A stretch of 64,000 nucleotides of DNA, taken from positions 1,086 through 65,085 of the forward strand of contig JAJDCD010000006.1 in assembly GCA_029261035.1 (NCBI GenBank), written 5' to 3'. Both the position numbers and the translations under genes were made by a program. Shown here one piece after another: positions 30,307-39,127 of this stretch (the first letter of the stretch is position 1; each line of letters begins with the position of its first letter). This stretch comes from Candidatus Omnitrophota bacterium (lineage in GTDB: Bacteria > Omnitrophota > Omnitrophia > Omnitrophales > JACROU01). The notes under the pieces are model-generated. The model was not told where the DNA came from. It saw only the letters and a list, made by a program, of their open reading frames with translations, and searched no databases.

Positions 30307-30688
30307 AGTTCGGGTTTACAAAAAACAAGATACAAAGAATAAATTACGTGCCTTTTGTACCATAACTATCGATGATAGTTTTGTTGTTAGGGACATCAAA
30401 GTAATTGAGGGAAGCAAAGGTCTTTTTGTTGCGATGCCTTCTAGAAAACAGAAAGAACCGTGCCCTGCTTGTAATCATTTAGTTGATCTGGGAAGCAAGT
30501 TTTGTAGTCATTGTGGTGCTAACATAGAGGGTGTTGCTTCTTCGGAAGCTGTCCACGGGACAGATAAACAAAATCAGCATAAAGATATTGCTCATCCTAT
30601 TACTTTAGAATGTCGCGAATATATACAAAAAACAGTCTTAGAAGCTTATGAAAAAGATGCCTCTTCATCCGCATCAAATGCAGTTTAA
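30293..30688 (+). CDS. spoVG: SpoVG family nucleic-acid-binding protein with inserted zinc ribbon (GTG start)
   Basis: KITEVRV...FVVRDIKVIEGSKGLFVAMPSRK...KDIAHPI; CPAC..CSHC insert; GAGGAG SD. Confidence 0.92.
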   Translation: MKITEVRVYKKQDTKNKLRAFCTITIDDSFVVRDIKVIEGSKGLFVAMPSRKQKEPCPACNHLVDLGSKFCSHCGANIEGVASSEAVHGTDKQNQHKDIAHPITLECREYIQKTVLEAYEKDASSSASNAV

Positions 30689-30720
30689 TTAGCTTTTAGT
30701 TAACTTTTTGTTTTTGTATT

Positions 30721-30761
30721 AAATGGTACGAAATTCTACATAGAGTTCGTGCCATTTTTTT
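30721..30761 (+). terminator. Intrinsic terminator after spoVG
   Basis: AAATGGTACGAA..TTCGTGCCATTT stem followed by T-run. Confidence 0.6.
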
Positions 30762-30792
30762 GTCTTTATTATTAAAATCTTTTATTTGATTT

Positions 30793-30866
30793 TGCCCGAT
30801 GGTGTAACGGTAACACACCGCCCTTTGGAGGCGTGATTCGAGGTTCGAATCCTCGTCGGGCAGCCA
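30793..30866 (+). tRNA. tRNA-Gln (anticodon TTG), CCA encoded
   Basis: Cloverleaf: TGCCCGA/TCGGGCA acceptor, GTGT/ACAC D stem, loop CTTTGGA, CGAGG-TTCGAAT-CCTCG T arm, G-CCA end. Confidence 0.97.
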
Positions 30867-30972
30867 TACACTACAAGAGGGTATGGCGAAGCCATATGAA
30901 GTAAAACTGGTATGAGCCCTGCACCCTTGTGGTACAGGGCCAAATAAAAACACTTCGAAAGTTGGGTTTGGA

Positions 30973-32256
30973 ATGGTTAAAAACAAACAAGAAAAATGCT
31001 CGTTTTGTGAACGAGACAAATCAGGTGACATTAAAAAGATTTTTGCAGGACCCAATGCCTATATTTGCGATGTCTGCGTTCGTATTTGTTTCGAAATTCT
31101 TCAAAAAGATAAAACGGTAAAGCAATCTCAGCTAAAAAGTAAAGCTGATGAGAAAGCTTTTGATGTTTCTAATTTTGTTGTTCCTAAGCCAAAAGATATT
31201 AAACGAAAATTAGATGATTTTATTATTGGCCAAGAGAGTGCTAAGAAACTCATCTCTGTAGCGGTTCATAATCATTATAAGAGAATTAAACACAAAGATA
31301 GCAATGATGATGTTCAGTTGGAAAAATCGAATATCCTATTTATTGGACCAACGGGTTCTGGAAAAACTTTAATGGCAAGAACGCTCGCAAAGTTATTGGA
31401 TGTTCCTTTGGCTATTTGTGACGCTACGGCTTTGACAGAGGCGGGGTATGTTGGTGAAGATGTTGAAAACGTGCTTTTAAGACTGTTGCAAGCTTCTAAC
31501 TTTGATGCTAAGAAAGCAGAGCTTGGAATTGTTTATATTGATGAAATTGATAAAGTTGCCAGAACCACGGATAATGTTTCTATTACCCGAGATGTTAGCG
31601 GTGAAGGGGTTCAGCAAGCACTTTTAAAATTATTAGAAGGAACTATTGCTAACATTCCCCCTCAAGGCGGGAGAAAGCATCCTCAGCAAGAGTATATCCA
31701 AGTGGATACAACCAATATTCTATTTATTTGTGGAGGAACATTCGCACATTTAGAAAATTTAATTGAAAGACGAATTTCTAATAAATCTATGGGGTTTGGG
31801 GCTGAAGTAAAGTCTAAATCTAAAAAGAAAATTGGTGAAATTCTCTCTAAAGTGGAAACGGAAGATCTTTTGAAATTTGGGTTTATTCCAGAATTTGTTG
31901 GACGCTTTGGTGCAATGACTACTTTGGATGGTTTAGGGGAAGAAGATTTAGTTCGAGTTTTAACAGAACCTAAAAATGCGCTATTAAAACAGTACTCAAA
32001 GTTTCTTAAACTTGAAAATGTGAAGTTAGTATTTGAGGACGACGCTTTAAAAGAAGTTGCAAAGAGAGCTATTAAGAAGAAAACCGGAGCAAGAGCTTTG
32101 CGGATGATTTTGGAAGAGTTGATGTTGGAAGTGATGTATGAAATTCCCTCAGATGAAAACATCGAAGAATGTATTATTACTCGTGCAGTTGTTCAGAAAA
32201 AAGAATCCCCTATTTTAATTCGTAAAGTAGTAGATAGGGAGGTTTCTGCAGCCTAA
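30973..32256 (+). CDS. clpX: ATP-dependent Clp protease ATP-binding subunit
   Basis: CSFC..CDVC zinc domain; GPTGSGKT; [11 protein letters not shown]; GGRKHP; MGF loop. Confidence 0.98.
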   Translation: MVKNKQEKCSFCERDKSGDIKKIFAGPNAYICDVCVRICFEILQKDKTVKQSQLKSKADEKAFDVSNFVVPKPKDIKRKLDDFIIGQESAKKLISVAVHNHYKRIKHKDSNDDVQLEKSNILFIGPTGSGKTLMARTLAKLLDVPLAICDATALTEAGYVGEDVENVLLRLLQASNFDAKKAELGIVYIDEIDKVARTTDNVSITRDVSGEGVQQALLKLLEGTIANIPPQGGRKHPQQEYIQVDTTNILFICGGTFAHLENLIERRISNKSMGFGAEVKSKSKKKIGEILSKVETEDLLKFGFIPEFVGRFGAMTTLDGLGEEDLVRVLTEPKNALLKQYSKFLKLENVKLVFEDDALKEVAKRAIKKKTGARALRMILEELMLEVMYEIPSDENIEECIITRAVVQKKESPILIRKVVDREVSAA

Positions 32257-33227
32257 TGAATAATACTGAAACATTACCTAAAGCAAAAGATGGGATAACA
32301 AGACAAAAAATAAAACGTAGTAAAATTGAAATGAAAAATGCTTCAAAAGAAGCTGTTGCGGCATATTTGTTTTTAATGCCCAATTTTTTAGGCTTCTTAG
32401 TTTTCACGTCTTTACCCGTAGTTTTTTCATTTCTTTTAGGGTTTGTTCAGTGGGATTTGTTGTCCGCGCCAATATGGGTAGGTTTTGAAAACTACATCCA
32501 GCTTTTTAAAGACCCCTACTTTTGGAAATATTCTTGGAATACACTTTTTATGATGTTAGGTATTCCGATTGGAATGATGGGATCTTTGCTCTTAGCTTTA
32601 GCTATGAATCAAAAGATTAAGGGAATTGTTTTTTTTAGAACTGTTTATTTTTTACCCACCATTTGTTCTGGTGTAGCGATTTTTGTATTATGGCGGTTTA
32701 TTTACAATCCTGATTTTGGTTTATTTAATATGGTGATTGGAAAATTTGGAGATGTTGTAGGACTTCCTTTGGTGGGCCCAAACTGGTTAACAGACGAAAA
32801 ATGGGCAAAACCCGCTTTAATTATTATGGGGATTTGGCAAACTGTGGGTGGTCACAACATGATTTTATATCTTGCAGGGTTACAAGGCATCCCAAAGGAT
32901 TTGTATGAGGCTGCTTCAATTGATGGTGCTAATGGGTGGCAAAGGTTTTGGAATATCACCTGGCCGCATTTGTCTCCAACAACTTTTTTTATTGGTGTGA
33001 TGAGTTTGATTGGTGGTTTTCAATCCGGGTTTGATGCTGCATATGTAATGACGGGTGGAGGGCCGAATGGTTCTACCACTACGATTATGTATTATATTTT
33101 TAATAATGCGTTTCAATGGACTAATATGGGGTATGCAGCTGCTATTTCATGGGTCTTGTTTGCTATTATTTTTATTTTCACCATGTTTTATTGGAAAAGT
33201 GGTGAAAGATCTGTTCATTATATGTAG
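32256..33227 (+). CDS. Carbohydrate ABC transporter permease (MalF/UgpA-like)
   Basis: LYEAASIDGA EAA motif; VGFENY; TGGGP; YAAAISW. Confidence 0.92.
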   Translation: MNNTETLPKAKDGITRQKIKRSKIEMKNASKEAVAAYLFLMPNFLGFLVFTSLPVVFSFLLGFVQWDLLSAPIWVGFENYIQLFKDPYFWKYSWNTLFMMLGIPIGMMGSLLLALAMNQKIKGIVFFRTVYFLPTICSGVAIFVLWRFIYNPDFGLFNMVIGKFGDVVGLPLVGPNWLTDEKWAKPALIIMGIWQTVGGHNMILYLAGLQGIPKDLYEAASIDGANGWQRFWNITWPHLSPTTFFIGVMSLIGGFQSGFDAAYVMTGGGPNGSTTTIMYYIFNNAFQWTNMGYAAAISWVLFAIIFIFTMFYWKSGERSVHYM

Positions 33228-33238
33228 GGAATTGAAAT

Positions 33239-34120
33239 ATGTCTAAAATACAAACATTTGAAGAGAGCAAGAAGAAGAAGCAAAGGGAAGAAAACATCCG
33301 AAAAGCAATAAGTTATGTTGTTTTAGGGTTAGGGGCTATTTCTATGATTGCACCCTTTTTGTGGATGTTAACAACTTCTTTAAAAGAACCTGGAATGGTT
33401 TTTGAATCATTAAAAACCCATTGGTGGAAGGATTGGATCCCAACAACTTTTATTTGGGAGAATTATGTTAAAGCATGGGAAGTTGTTCCGTTTGCGCGAT
33501 TCTATATGAACTCTGTTTTTATTGCTTTGTGCACGACTTTTGGCCAAGTGTTTACGAGTGCGATGTCCGGTTACGCATTTTCCAGACTCTACTTCCCTGG
33601 TCGAACACAATTGTTTTTGGGTTATTTAGCTACGATGATGGTTCCACAAGCGGTTACGATTATCCCTGTATTTATTTTATTAAGAAAATTAGGGTGGGTG
33701 GATACTTATAAAGCTGTGATTCTACCTGGGATGTTCACGGCTTATGGAACGTTCATGTTGAGACAGTTTTTTATGAGTTTACCTAGAGATCTTGAGGACG
33801 CCGCTAAAATTGATGGATGTAATTATTTTGGAATTTTTTGGAAAATTATTTTACCTCTATCAAAACCTGCTTTGGCAACGTTAACAACATTTACATTTAT
33901 GGGTTCTTGGATGAGTTTTATGTGGCCTTTGATTGTTTTGACTTCCAAAGAAAAATTAACATTACCTGTTGGTTTGGCCTATTTTCAAAGTTTATACTCG
34001 ACAGACTGGACATTGTTGATGGCTGGTTCTATGATGGTTTTGTTGCCGGTATTACTTGTATTTATATTTTGTCAACGTTACTTTGTTGAGGGGATTAAGC
34101 TTTCAGGAATTAAGGGTTAG
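33239..34120 (+). CDS. Carbohydrate ABC transporter permease (MalG/UgpE-like)
   Basis: LRQFFMSLPRDLEDAAKIDG; LPLSKPAL; QRYFVEGI. Confidence 0.92.
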   Translation: MSKIQTFEESKKKKQREENIRKAISYVVLGLGAISMIAPFLWMLTTSLKEPGMVFESLKTHWWKDWIPTTFIWENYVKAWEVVPFARFYMNSVFIALCTTFGQVFTSAMSGYAFSRLYFPGRTQLFLGYLATMMVPQAVTIIPVFILLRKLGWVDTYKAVILPGMFTAYGTFMLRQFFMSLPRDLEDAAKIDGCNYFGIFWKIILPLSKPALATLTTFTFMGSWMSFMWPLIVLTSKEKLTLPVGLAYFQSLYSTDWTLLMAGSMMVLLPVLLVFIFCQRYFVEGIKLSGIKG

Positions 34121-34136
34121 CTTAAATATAAAAAAT

Positions 34137-35423
34137 ATGCCTTTATTTTCTTTAGATGTTTTGATTTTGGCAGCAGGAAAAGGAACTCGGATGAAGTCCG
34201 AGTTGCCTAAGGTGTTACACCTTTTAGAAGGTAAAACATTAGTTGAGCATGTTTTAGATAGTTTGAGTTCTTTGAAAATAAATTCAAAAGTTATTGTTGT
34301 AGGACATGGGGGTTCTCAGGTTCAAAAACAATTAATTGCTGTAGATGATAAGATTAAGTTTGTTACTCAAGCAAAGCAGTTAGGAACGGCACATGCTGTT
34401 CAATGCGCTCATTCGAAGTTAAAAAACAAAGCGACTCATCTTTTGATTTTAGCTGGGGATGCGCCTTTTATACAGAAGGAAACACTCTGTAAATTTATTC
34501 AAAAGCATCAGCAAGAAAAAGCAGATGTAAGTATTTTGACGTCGTTGTTTTCGGACCCGAAAGGCTATGGAAGAATTGTTCGTAACATAAAAAAACAAGT
34601 AGTTGCTATTAGAGAAGAGCTGGATGCGTCTAGTAAAGAAAAAAGAATCAAAGAAATTAATTCTGGAATTTATCTTTTTAATAAAAAAGCACTATTTACA
34701 GCCTTAAAAAAAGTGAGTTCGAATAATAAGAAAAAAGAATATTATTTAACAGATACGATCCAGATAATGATGGATCAACAAAAAAGAATTTCTGCCTTTA
34801 ATTTAGCTTTAGAAGATGAAGTAATGGGCATTAATTCCAGAACAGATCTGGTTATGGGATATAAAAATCAGAATCAAAAAACAATTGAGAAATTATTAAA
34901 ACAAGGAGTTACTGTTGTTTCTCCTGAAAATACTTTTATTGCTAAAGATGTAAAAGTTGGCAAAGATACAGTGATTTATCCTTTTACCTATATTGAAAGC
35001 GGGGTAAAGATTGGGAAGAAATGTCATGTAGGACCTTTTGCAAGATTGAGAGAAAAAACAAATATTAGTGACTTAGCTCAGGTTGGTAGTTATGTGGAGA
35101 TAGTTCGTTCGGATATAGGGAAGAAAACTATGGTGAAGCATTTAAGCTATATTGGAGATGCTTCTATTGGCAATAACGTTAATATTGGAGCTGGAACTAT
35201 TACTGCAAATTACGATGGAAAGAAAAAACATAAAACGCAAGTGCAGGATGGAGCCTTTATTGGCTCGAACACAGTTTTGGTTTCCCCAGTAAAGGTGGGT
35301 AAGGGTGCCAAAACTGGTGCTGGATCCGTTGTGTTAAAAAATAGAGATATACCCAAGGGGGCTGTTGCATTTGGAGTTCCAGCTAAAAATTTTAAGAATA
35401 GTAAAAGAAATAAGGGTAAATAA
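34137..35423 (+). CDS. glmU: Bifunctional GlcNAc-1-P uridyltransferase / acetyltransferase, shortened beta-helix
   Basis: ILAAGKGTRMKS; QLGTAHAV; GYGRIVR; EYYLTD; KHLSYIGDA; NIGAGTITANYDG. Confidence 0.93.
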   Translation: MPLFSLDVLILAAGKGTRMKSELPKVLHLLEGKTLVEHVLDSLSSLKINSKVIVVGHGGSQVQKQLIAVDDKIKFVTQAKQLGTAHAVQCAHSKLKNKATHLLILAGDAPFIQKETLCKFIQKHQQEKADVSILTSLFSDPKGYGRIVRNIKKQVVAIREELDASSKEKRIKEINSGIYLFNKKALFTALKKVSSNNKKKEYYLTDTIQIMMDQQKRISAFNLALEDEVMGINSRTDLVMGYKNQNQKTIEKLLKQGVTVVSPENTFIAKDVKVGKDTVIYPFTYIESGVKIGKKCHVGPFARLREKTNISDLAQVGSYVEIVRSDIGKKTMVKHLSYIGDASIGNNVNIGAGTITANYDGKKKHKTQVQDGAFIGSNTVLVSPVKVGKGAKTGAGSVVLKNRDIPKGAVAFGVPAKNFKNSKRNKGK

Positions 35424-35425
35424 GA

Positions 35426-36379
35426 ATGAAAAAAATATCAGTAATAGCAGGTAATTCAAATTTAAAGTTGGCAAAAGATATATGTGAACATTTAAAAGTT
35501 TCTGTTGGTCAGACTATATGTGAAAGTTTCCCCGGCGGTGAAATTCATGTCCAAATCAAAGAAAATATTCGTGGACAGGATGTTTTTATTGTTCAGCCGA
35601 CATGTTATCCACCCAATGACAGTATGATGGAATTGTTTTTGCTTATTGATGCTGCTAGAAGGGCATCTGCAGCTCGTATTACTGCAGTGGTTCCTTATTA
35701 TGGATATGCCAGACAAGATCGTAAGGATAGACCTCGTGTTCCTATTTCAGCGAAATTAGTTGCTAACTTAATAAGTACAGCGGGAGCAGACAGAATTTTG
35801 ACCATGGATTTACATGCGGGGCAAATTCAAGGGTTTTTTGATATTCCTGTAGATCATTTATATTCGATTAATGTACTAACTTCTTATTTCAAAAAGAAGA
35901 AAATTAAAGATTTGATTGTCGTCTCTCCCGATGTGGGTGGTATTAAAATGGCTAGAGCTTATTCAAAAGTATTAAACTCTCCTTTTGCTATTGTGGATAA
36001 GCAAAGACAGAGTGCGAAAAAGACAAAAGTAATGAACGTGATAGGAGATATTAAAGATAAAAATGTTGTTATTGTGGATGATTTAATTTCTACGGGAGGT
36101 TCTTTGGTTGAAGCGGCTAATGCTTTAAGAGCCAATGGAGCTAAAGATGTATATGCAGCAATTGTACATCCTGTTTTGGCAGACCCTGCTGTAGAACGAA
36201 TAAAGAAATCAATTCTTAAAGAAGTTATTGTAACTGACTCGATTCCGATTCCTAAAAATAGGAAAACGTCGAAAATTAAAGTGTTGTCAGTTGCGCCACT
36301 TCTTGCTGAGACTATCCGAAGAATTCATCAGAATAGATCTGTAAGTTCTTTGTTTGCTCGAGCTGGAGTTGAAGCGTAG
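35426..36379 (+). CDS. prs: Ribose-phosphate pyrophosphokinase
   Basis: PYYGYARQDRK; DLHAGQIQGFF; VSPDVGG; VDDLISTGGS. Confidence 0.98.
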   Translation: MKKISVIAGNSNLKLAKDICEHLKVSVGQTICESFPGGEIHVQIKENIRGQDVFIVQPTCYPPNDSMMELFLLIDAARRASAARITAVVPYYGYARQDRKDRPRVPISAKLVANLISTAGADRILTMDLHAGQIQGFFDIPVDHLYSINVLTSYFKKKKIKDLIVVSPDVGGIKMARAYSKVLNSPFAIVDKQRQSAKKTKVMNVIGDIKDKNVVIVDDLISTGGSLVEAANALRANGAKDVYAAIVHPVLADPAVERIKKSILKEVIVTDSIPIPKNRKTSKIKVLSVAPLLAETIRRIHQNRSVSSLFARAGVEA

Positions 36380-36437
36380 ACGGAATTGTGAAGATGAACA
36401 CCTTCACTAAAAATATAGAAAAAGGGGATAACGAACA

Positions 36438-37115
36438 ATGCAAAAGTTAAATTTAAAAGCAGTAAAAAGAGAGAAGACAGGAAAGCAATACGCGAAGGAG
36501 ATTAGAAAAAGAAAAATGATTCCTGGAGTTGTCTACGGGAAAAATCTAGAACCCATTTCGCTTGAGGTTAACGCTAAAGATTTAGAGACACTTTTAAAGA
36601 CAGGATCAGGTGAGAACGCTCTTATTAACTTGTCTATTGAAGGTGAGTCTAAGAATGCTGAAAACACTGTCTTGATTCATGACTTACAAATGCATCCTGT
36701 TCAGGACTTTGTGGAGCATGTCGATTTTCATGTAATCTCTTTAAGTGAGAAAATTCACGTTAAAGTTCCTGTTCATGAAAAAGGAGAAGCTCCTGGTGTT
36801 AAAGAGGGTGGTGTTTTGGATCACAGTCACCGTGAACTTGAAGTTGAATGTTTGCCTACTGAAATTCCAGAACGAATTGATGTAAGTATAGAAGGTTTAA
36901 AAATCGGTGATGGGGTTCATGTAAAAGACATTACATTTCCATCTGGAGTTAACTGTCTGTTGGATCCGGATGAAGTGATATTAACTATTTTAGCGCCACG
37001 TGTAGAAGAAGTTGCTGAAGTAGAAGAAGAACAACCTGAAACTCCTGAACTGATTAGAAAAGAAAAAGAAGAAGGTTCTGAAGGAGAGGGTGCTGCTCCG
37101 ACTGAGAGTAAGTAA
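36438..37115 (+). CDS. rplY: 50S ribosomal protein L25 / Ctc long form
   Basis: IPGVVYG; HVDF; GVKEGG; acidic tail; prs-rplY-pth order. Confidence 0.95.
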   Translation: MQKLNLKAVKREKTGKQYAKEIRKRKMIPGVVYGKNLEPISLEVNAKDLETLLKTGSGENALINLSIEGESKNAENTVLIHDLQMHPVQDFVEHVDFHVISLSEKIHVKVPVHEKGEAPGVKEGGVLDHSHRELEVECLPTEIPERIDVSIEGLKIGDGVHVKDITFPSGVNCLLDPDEVILTILAPRVEEVAEVEEEQPETPELIRKEKEEGSEGEGAAPTESK

Positions 37116-37133
37116 TTATTGGAGCTCCTAAAA

Positions 37134-37694
37134 ATGAAGCTAATTTTAGGCTTAGGTAATCCTGGTGAGAGATATCAAAACACACGGCACAACATAGGTG
37201 TTTTGGTTCTTCAATCTTTGCTTCGAGAGCTTTCTTTGTCTTGGAGTAAAAAAGGAAAGATTTACTCTGCAATTTCTAATACAGATGGAGTTGAATTTGC
37301 TTTGATTAAGACAAGCTACTTTATGAACGAGTCTGGAAAATGTTTACCTCGGTTGTTTCGCGATTTTAATGTAGAAGATTTGCAAGATATCATGGTGCTT
37401 GTTGATGATGTTTACTTACCACTAGGAAAAGTTAGATATAGAACTCAGGGATCCTCTGGAGGACATAATGGGTTGTTGTCTTTAGAGGAACAGTTGAACT
37501 CAACAGAGTTTCCTCGGCTTCGATTAGGTGTCGGAGGGCCTGAAGATAGTTCGGGCCTGAAGGATTATGTTTTGGACGAATTTTTGTCTGAAGATGTTCC
37601 TCTATTAGAGGGGGTAGTAGAGAAAGCTTCCCAATGTGTTTTGAGTTGGGCTTCTGGAGCTCCGTCAGAGGAGATTATGCAGAAATTTAATTAA
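37134..37694 (+). CDS. pth: Peptidyl-tRNA hydrolase
   Basis: GLGNPG..Y..TRHNIG; FMNESG; GGHNGL. Confidence 0.96.
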   Translation: MKLILGLGNPGERYQNTRHNIGVLVLQSLLRELSLSWSKKGKIYSAISNTDGVEFALIKTSYFMNESGKCLPRLFRDFNVEDLQDIMVLVDDVYLPLGKVRYRTQGSSGGHNGLLSLEEQLNSTEFPRLRLGVGGPEDSSGLKDYVLDEFLSEDVPLLEGVVEKASQCVLSWASGAPSEEIMQKFN

Positions 37695-37791
37695 GATTAT
37701 GAGTTTATTGAAAATATTGGTTTTTTTACAATTGTTATGATATATTACACTGCTCAATTGCAGACAGATTAGAAATATTAAGGAGATAGAT

Positions 37792-38118
37792 ATGCGTGCT
37801 TATGAAAGTATTTTGATTTTAGAATCTAATTTAAATGAAGAACAAGTTTCTGAAAATTTTAAAAAAATAGAAGCAATTTTGACTAAATATGAAGCGAAAT
37901 TTGAAAAGAAAATTGATTTAGGTAAAAGAGCTCTAGGTTTTATGATGGATAAGAAGACAGATGGTCTTTTCTTTCGCTGTGAATTTTCTGCAGCACCTGA
38001 AAAGGTTAAAGATTTGCATTTTGCTTTTAAATTAGCGGATTATATTTTGCATTTTACTATTTTCACAAAAAACAAAGACGTAAACCCTGTTAAAGAAACT
38101 CAAAAAACAAGCGTATAA
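37792..38118 (+). CDS. rpsF: 30S ribosomal protein S6
   Basis: MRAYESILIL...GKRALGF; upstream of ssb; AAGGAG SD. Confidence 0.88.
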   Translation: MRAYESILILESNLNEEQVSENFKKIEAILTKYEAKFEKKIDLGKRALGFMMDKKTDGLFFRCEFSAAPEKVKDLHFAFKLADYILHFTIFTKNKDVNPVKETQKTSV

Positions 38119-38132
38119 TAAGGAGAAGAGGC

Positions 38133-38603
38133 ATGGCTGCAAGTTTAAATAAAGTACTTTTAATTGGAAACTTAACTCGTGATCCAGAAATGAAGTATTT
38201 GCCATCAGGACAAGCTGTAACTACATTTACAATCGCCTTAAATAGAACGTATCAAACGCAACAAGGTGAAAAGAAAGAAGAAGTTACTTTTATTCGTATC
38301 GTGACTTGGGCAAAAAGAGCAGAGCTTTGTAATCAATATTTGCAAAAGGGAAGTTCGGTGTGTGTTGAAGGAAGACTTCAAACCCGTTCTTGGGAAGCTC
38401 AAGATGGTTCTAAACGAAATACGGTTGAAGTTGTAGCGATTAATGTCCAGTTTTTAAGTCGAGCTCAAAAAGGTGGAGAGTCAGCGTCGGGCGTTCAAGA
38501 CAAAGAATCTATTATTCAAGATTCGTTTGGTGAAGGGGAGCCAGTTAAAGGGCTTTCTGTTGCTGAGGGCGAATTAAGTCCAGACGAAGAAGTTCCATTC
38601 TAA
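38133..38603 (+). CDS. ssb: Single-stranded DNA-binding protein
   Basis: NKVLLIGNLTRDPE; VEGRLQTRSW; C-terminal DEEVPF. Confidence 0.98.
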   Translation: MAASLNKVLLIGNLTRDPEMKYLPSGQAVTTFTIALNRTYQTQQGEKKEEVTFIRIVTWAKRAELCNQYLQKGSSVCVEGRLQTRSWEAQDGSKRNTVEVVAINVQFLSRAQKGGESASGVQDKESIIQDSFGEGEPVKGLSVAEGELSPDEEVPF

Positions 38604-38628
38604 AATTTGATTAGAAAGAGGGAGAGTT

Positions 38629-39072
38629 ATGGAAGTATTATTAGCGCAAAAAGTTGAAAAATTAGGTAAGGAAGGTGATGTTGTTAAAGTAAAGGACGGG
38701 TATGCAAGAAATTACCTTCTGCCAAAAAAACTAGCTTTAGCGATCACTAAAGGAACTCGTAAGCAGGTTGATGAACAAAGAAAGCATTTGGTTCTATCTT
38801 TGGAACGTCAGGAGAAAAAAGCAAAGGAAATTAAAGTTAAAATAGAAAGTACTTCTTTGACAATTAAAGTGAAGGCTGGAGAAAATAATAAAATATTTGG
38901 CTCAGTCACTAATTTGCTTATCCAAAAAGAACTTGTAGAACAAGGGATTAAAATTGATAAGAAGAAGATTTTTGTAGAAGAACCAATACAGAGTTTAGGT
39001 AGCTATGAAATTCCAGTTAAATTAACAGCGGATATTGAAGCAATTCTTCAAGTTGCTGTTGTTAAGTCCTAA
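38629..39072 (+). CDS. rplI: 50S ribosomal protein L9
   Basis: LGKEGDVVKVKDGYARNYLLP; KIFGSVT. Confidence 0.97.
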   Translation: MEVLLAQKVEKLGKEGDVVKVKDGYARNYLLPKKLALAITKGTRKQVDEQRKHLVLSLERQEKKAKEIKVKIESTSLTIKVKAGENNKIFGSVTNLLIQKELVEQGIKIDKKKIFVEEPIQSLGSYEIPVKLTADIEAILQVAVVKS

Positions 39073-39127
39073 CGTTGTTAAAAAGTTCTATTTTTAAAAT
39101 ACAGATTACTTTCTAAGATTTCTGTCT

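Noticed and set aside
30721-30757. sigma54 -24/-12 promoter (TGGCACG on minus strand, TGGTACG on plus)
   Set aside because: No GC at the -12 position; these are the arms of a terminator hairpin
30696-31120. ORFs 30696..31055 (-) and 30929..31120 (+)
   Set aside because: They overlap tRNA-Gln and the clpX start; WLPDEDSNL is the usual antisense translation of a tRNA
30850-34140. Integrative element at the tRNA-Gln 3' end
   Set aside because: No integrase, no duplicated tRNA 3' end seen, and the cargo looks like native housekeeping genes
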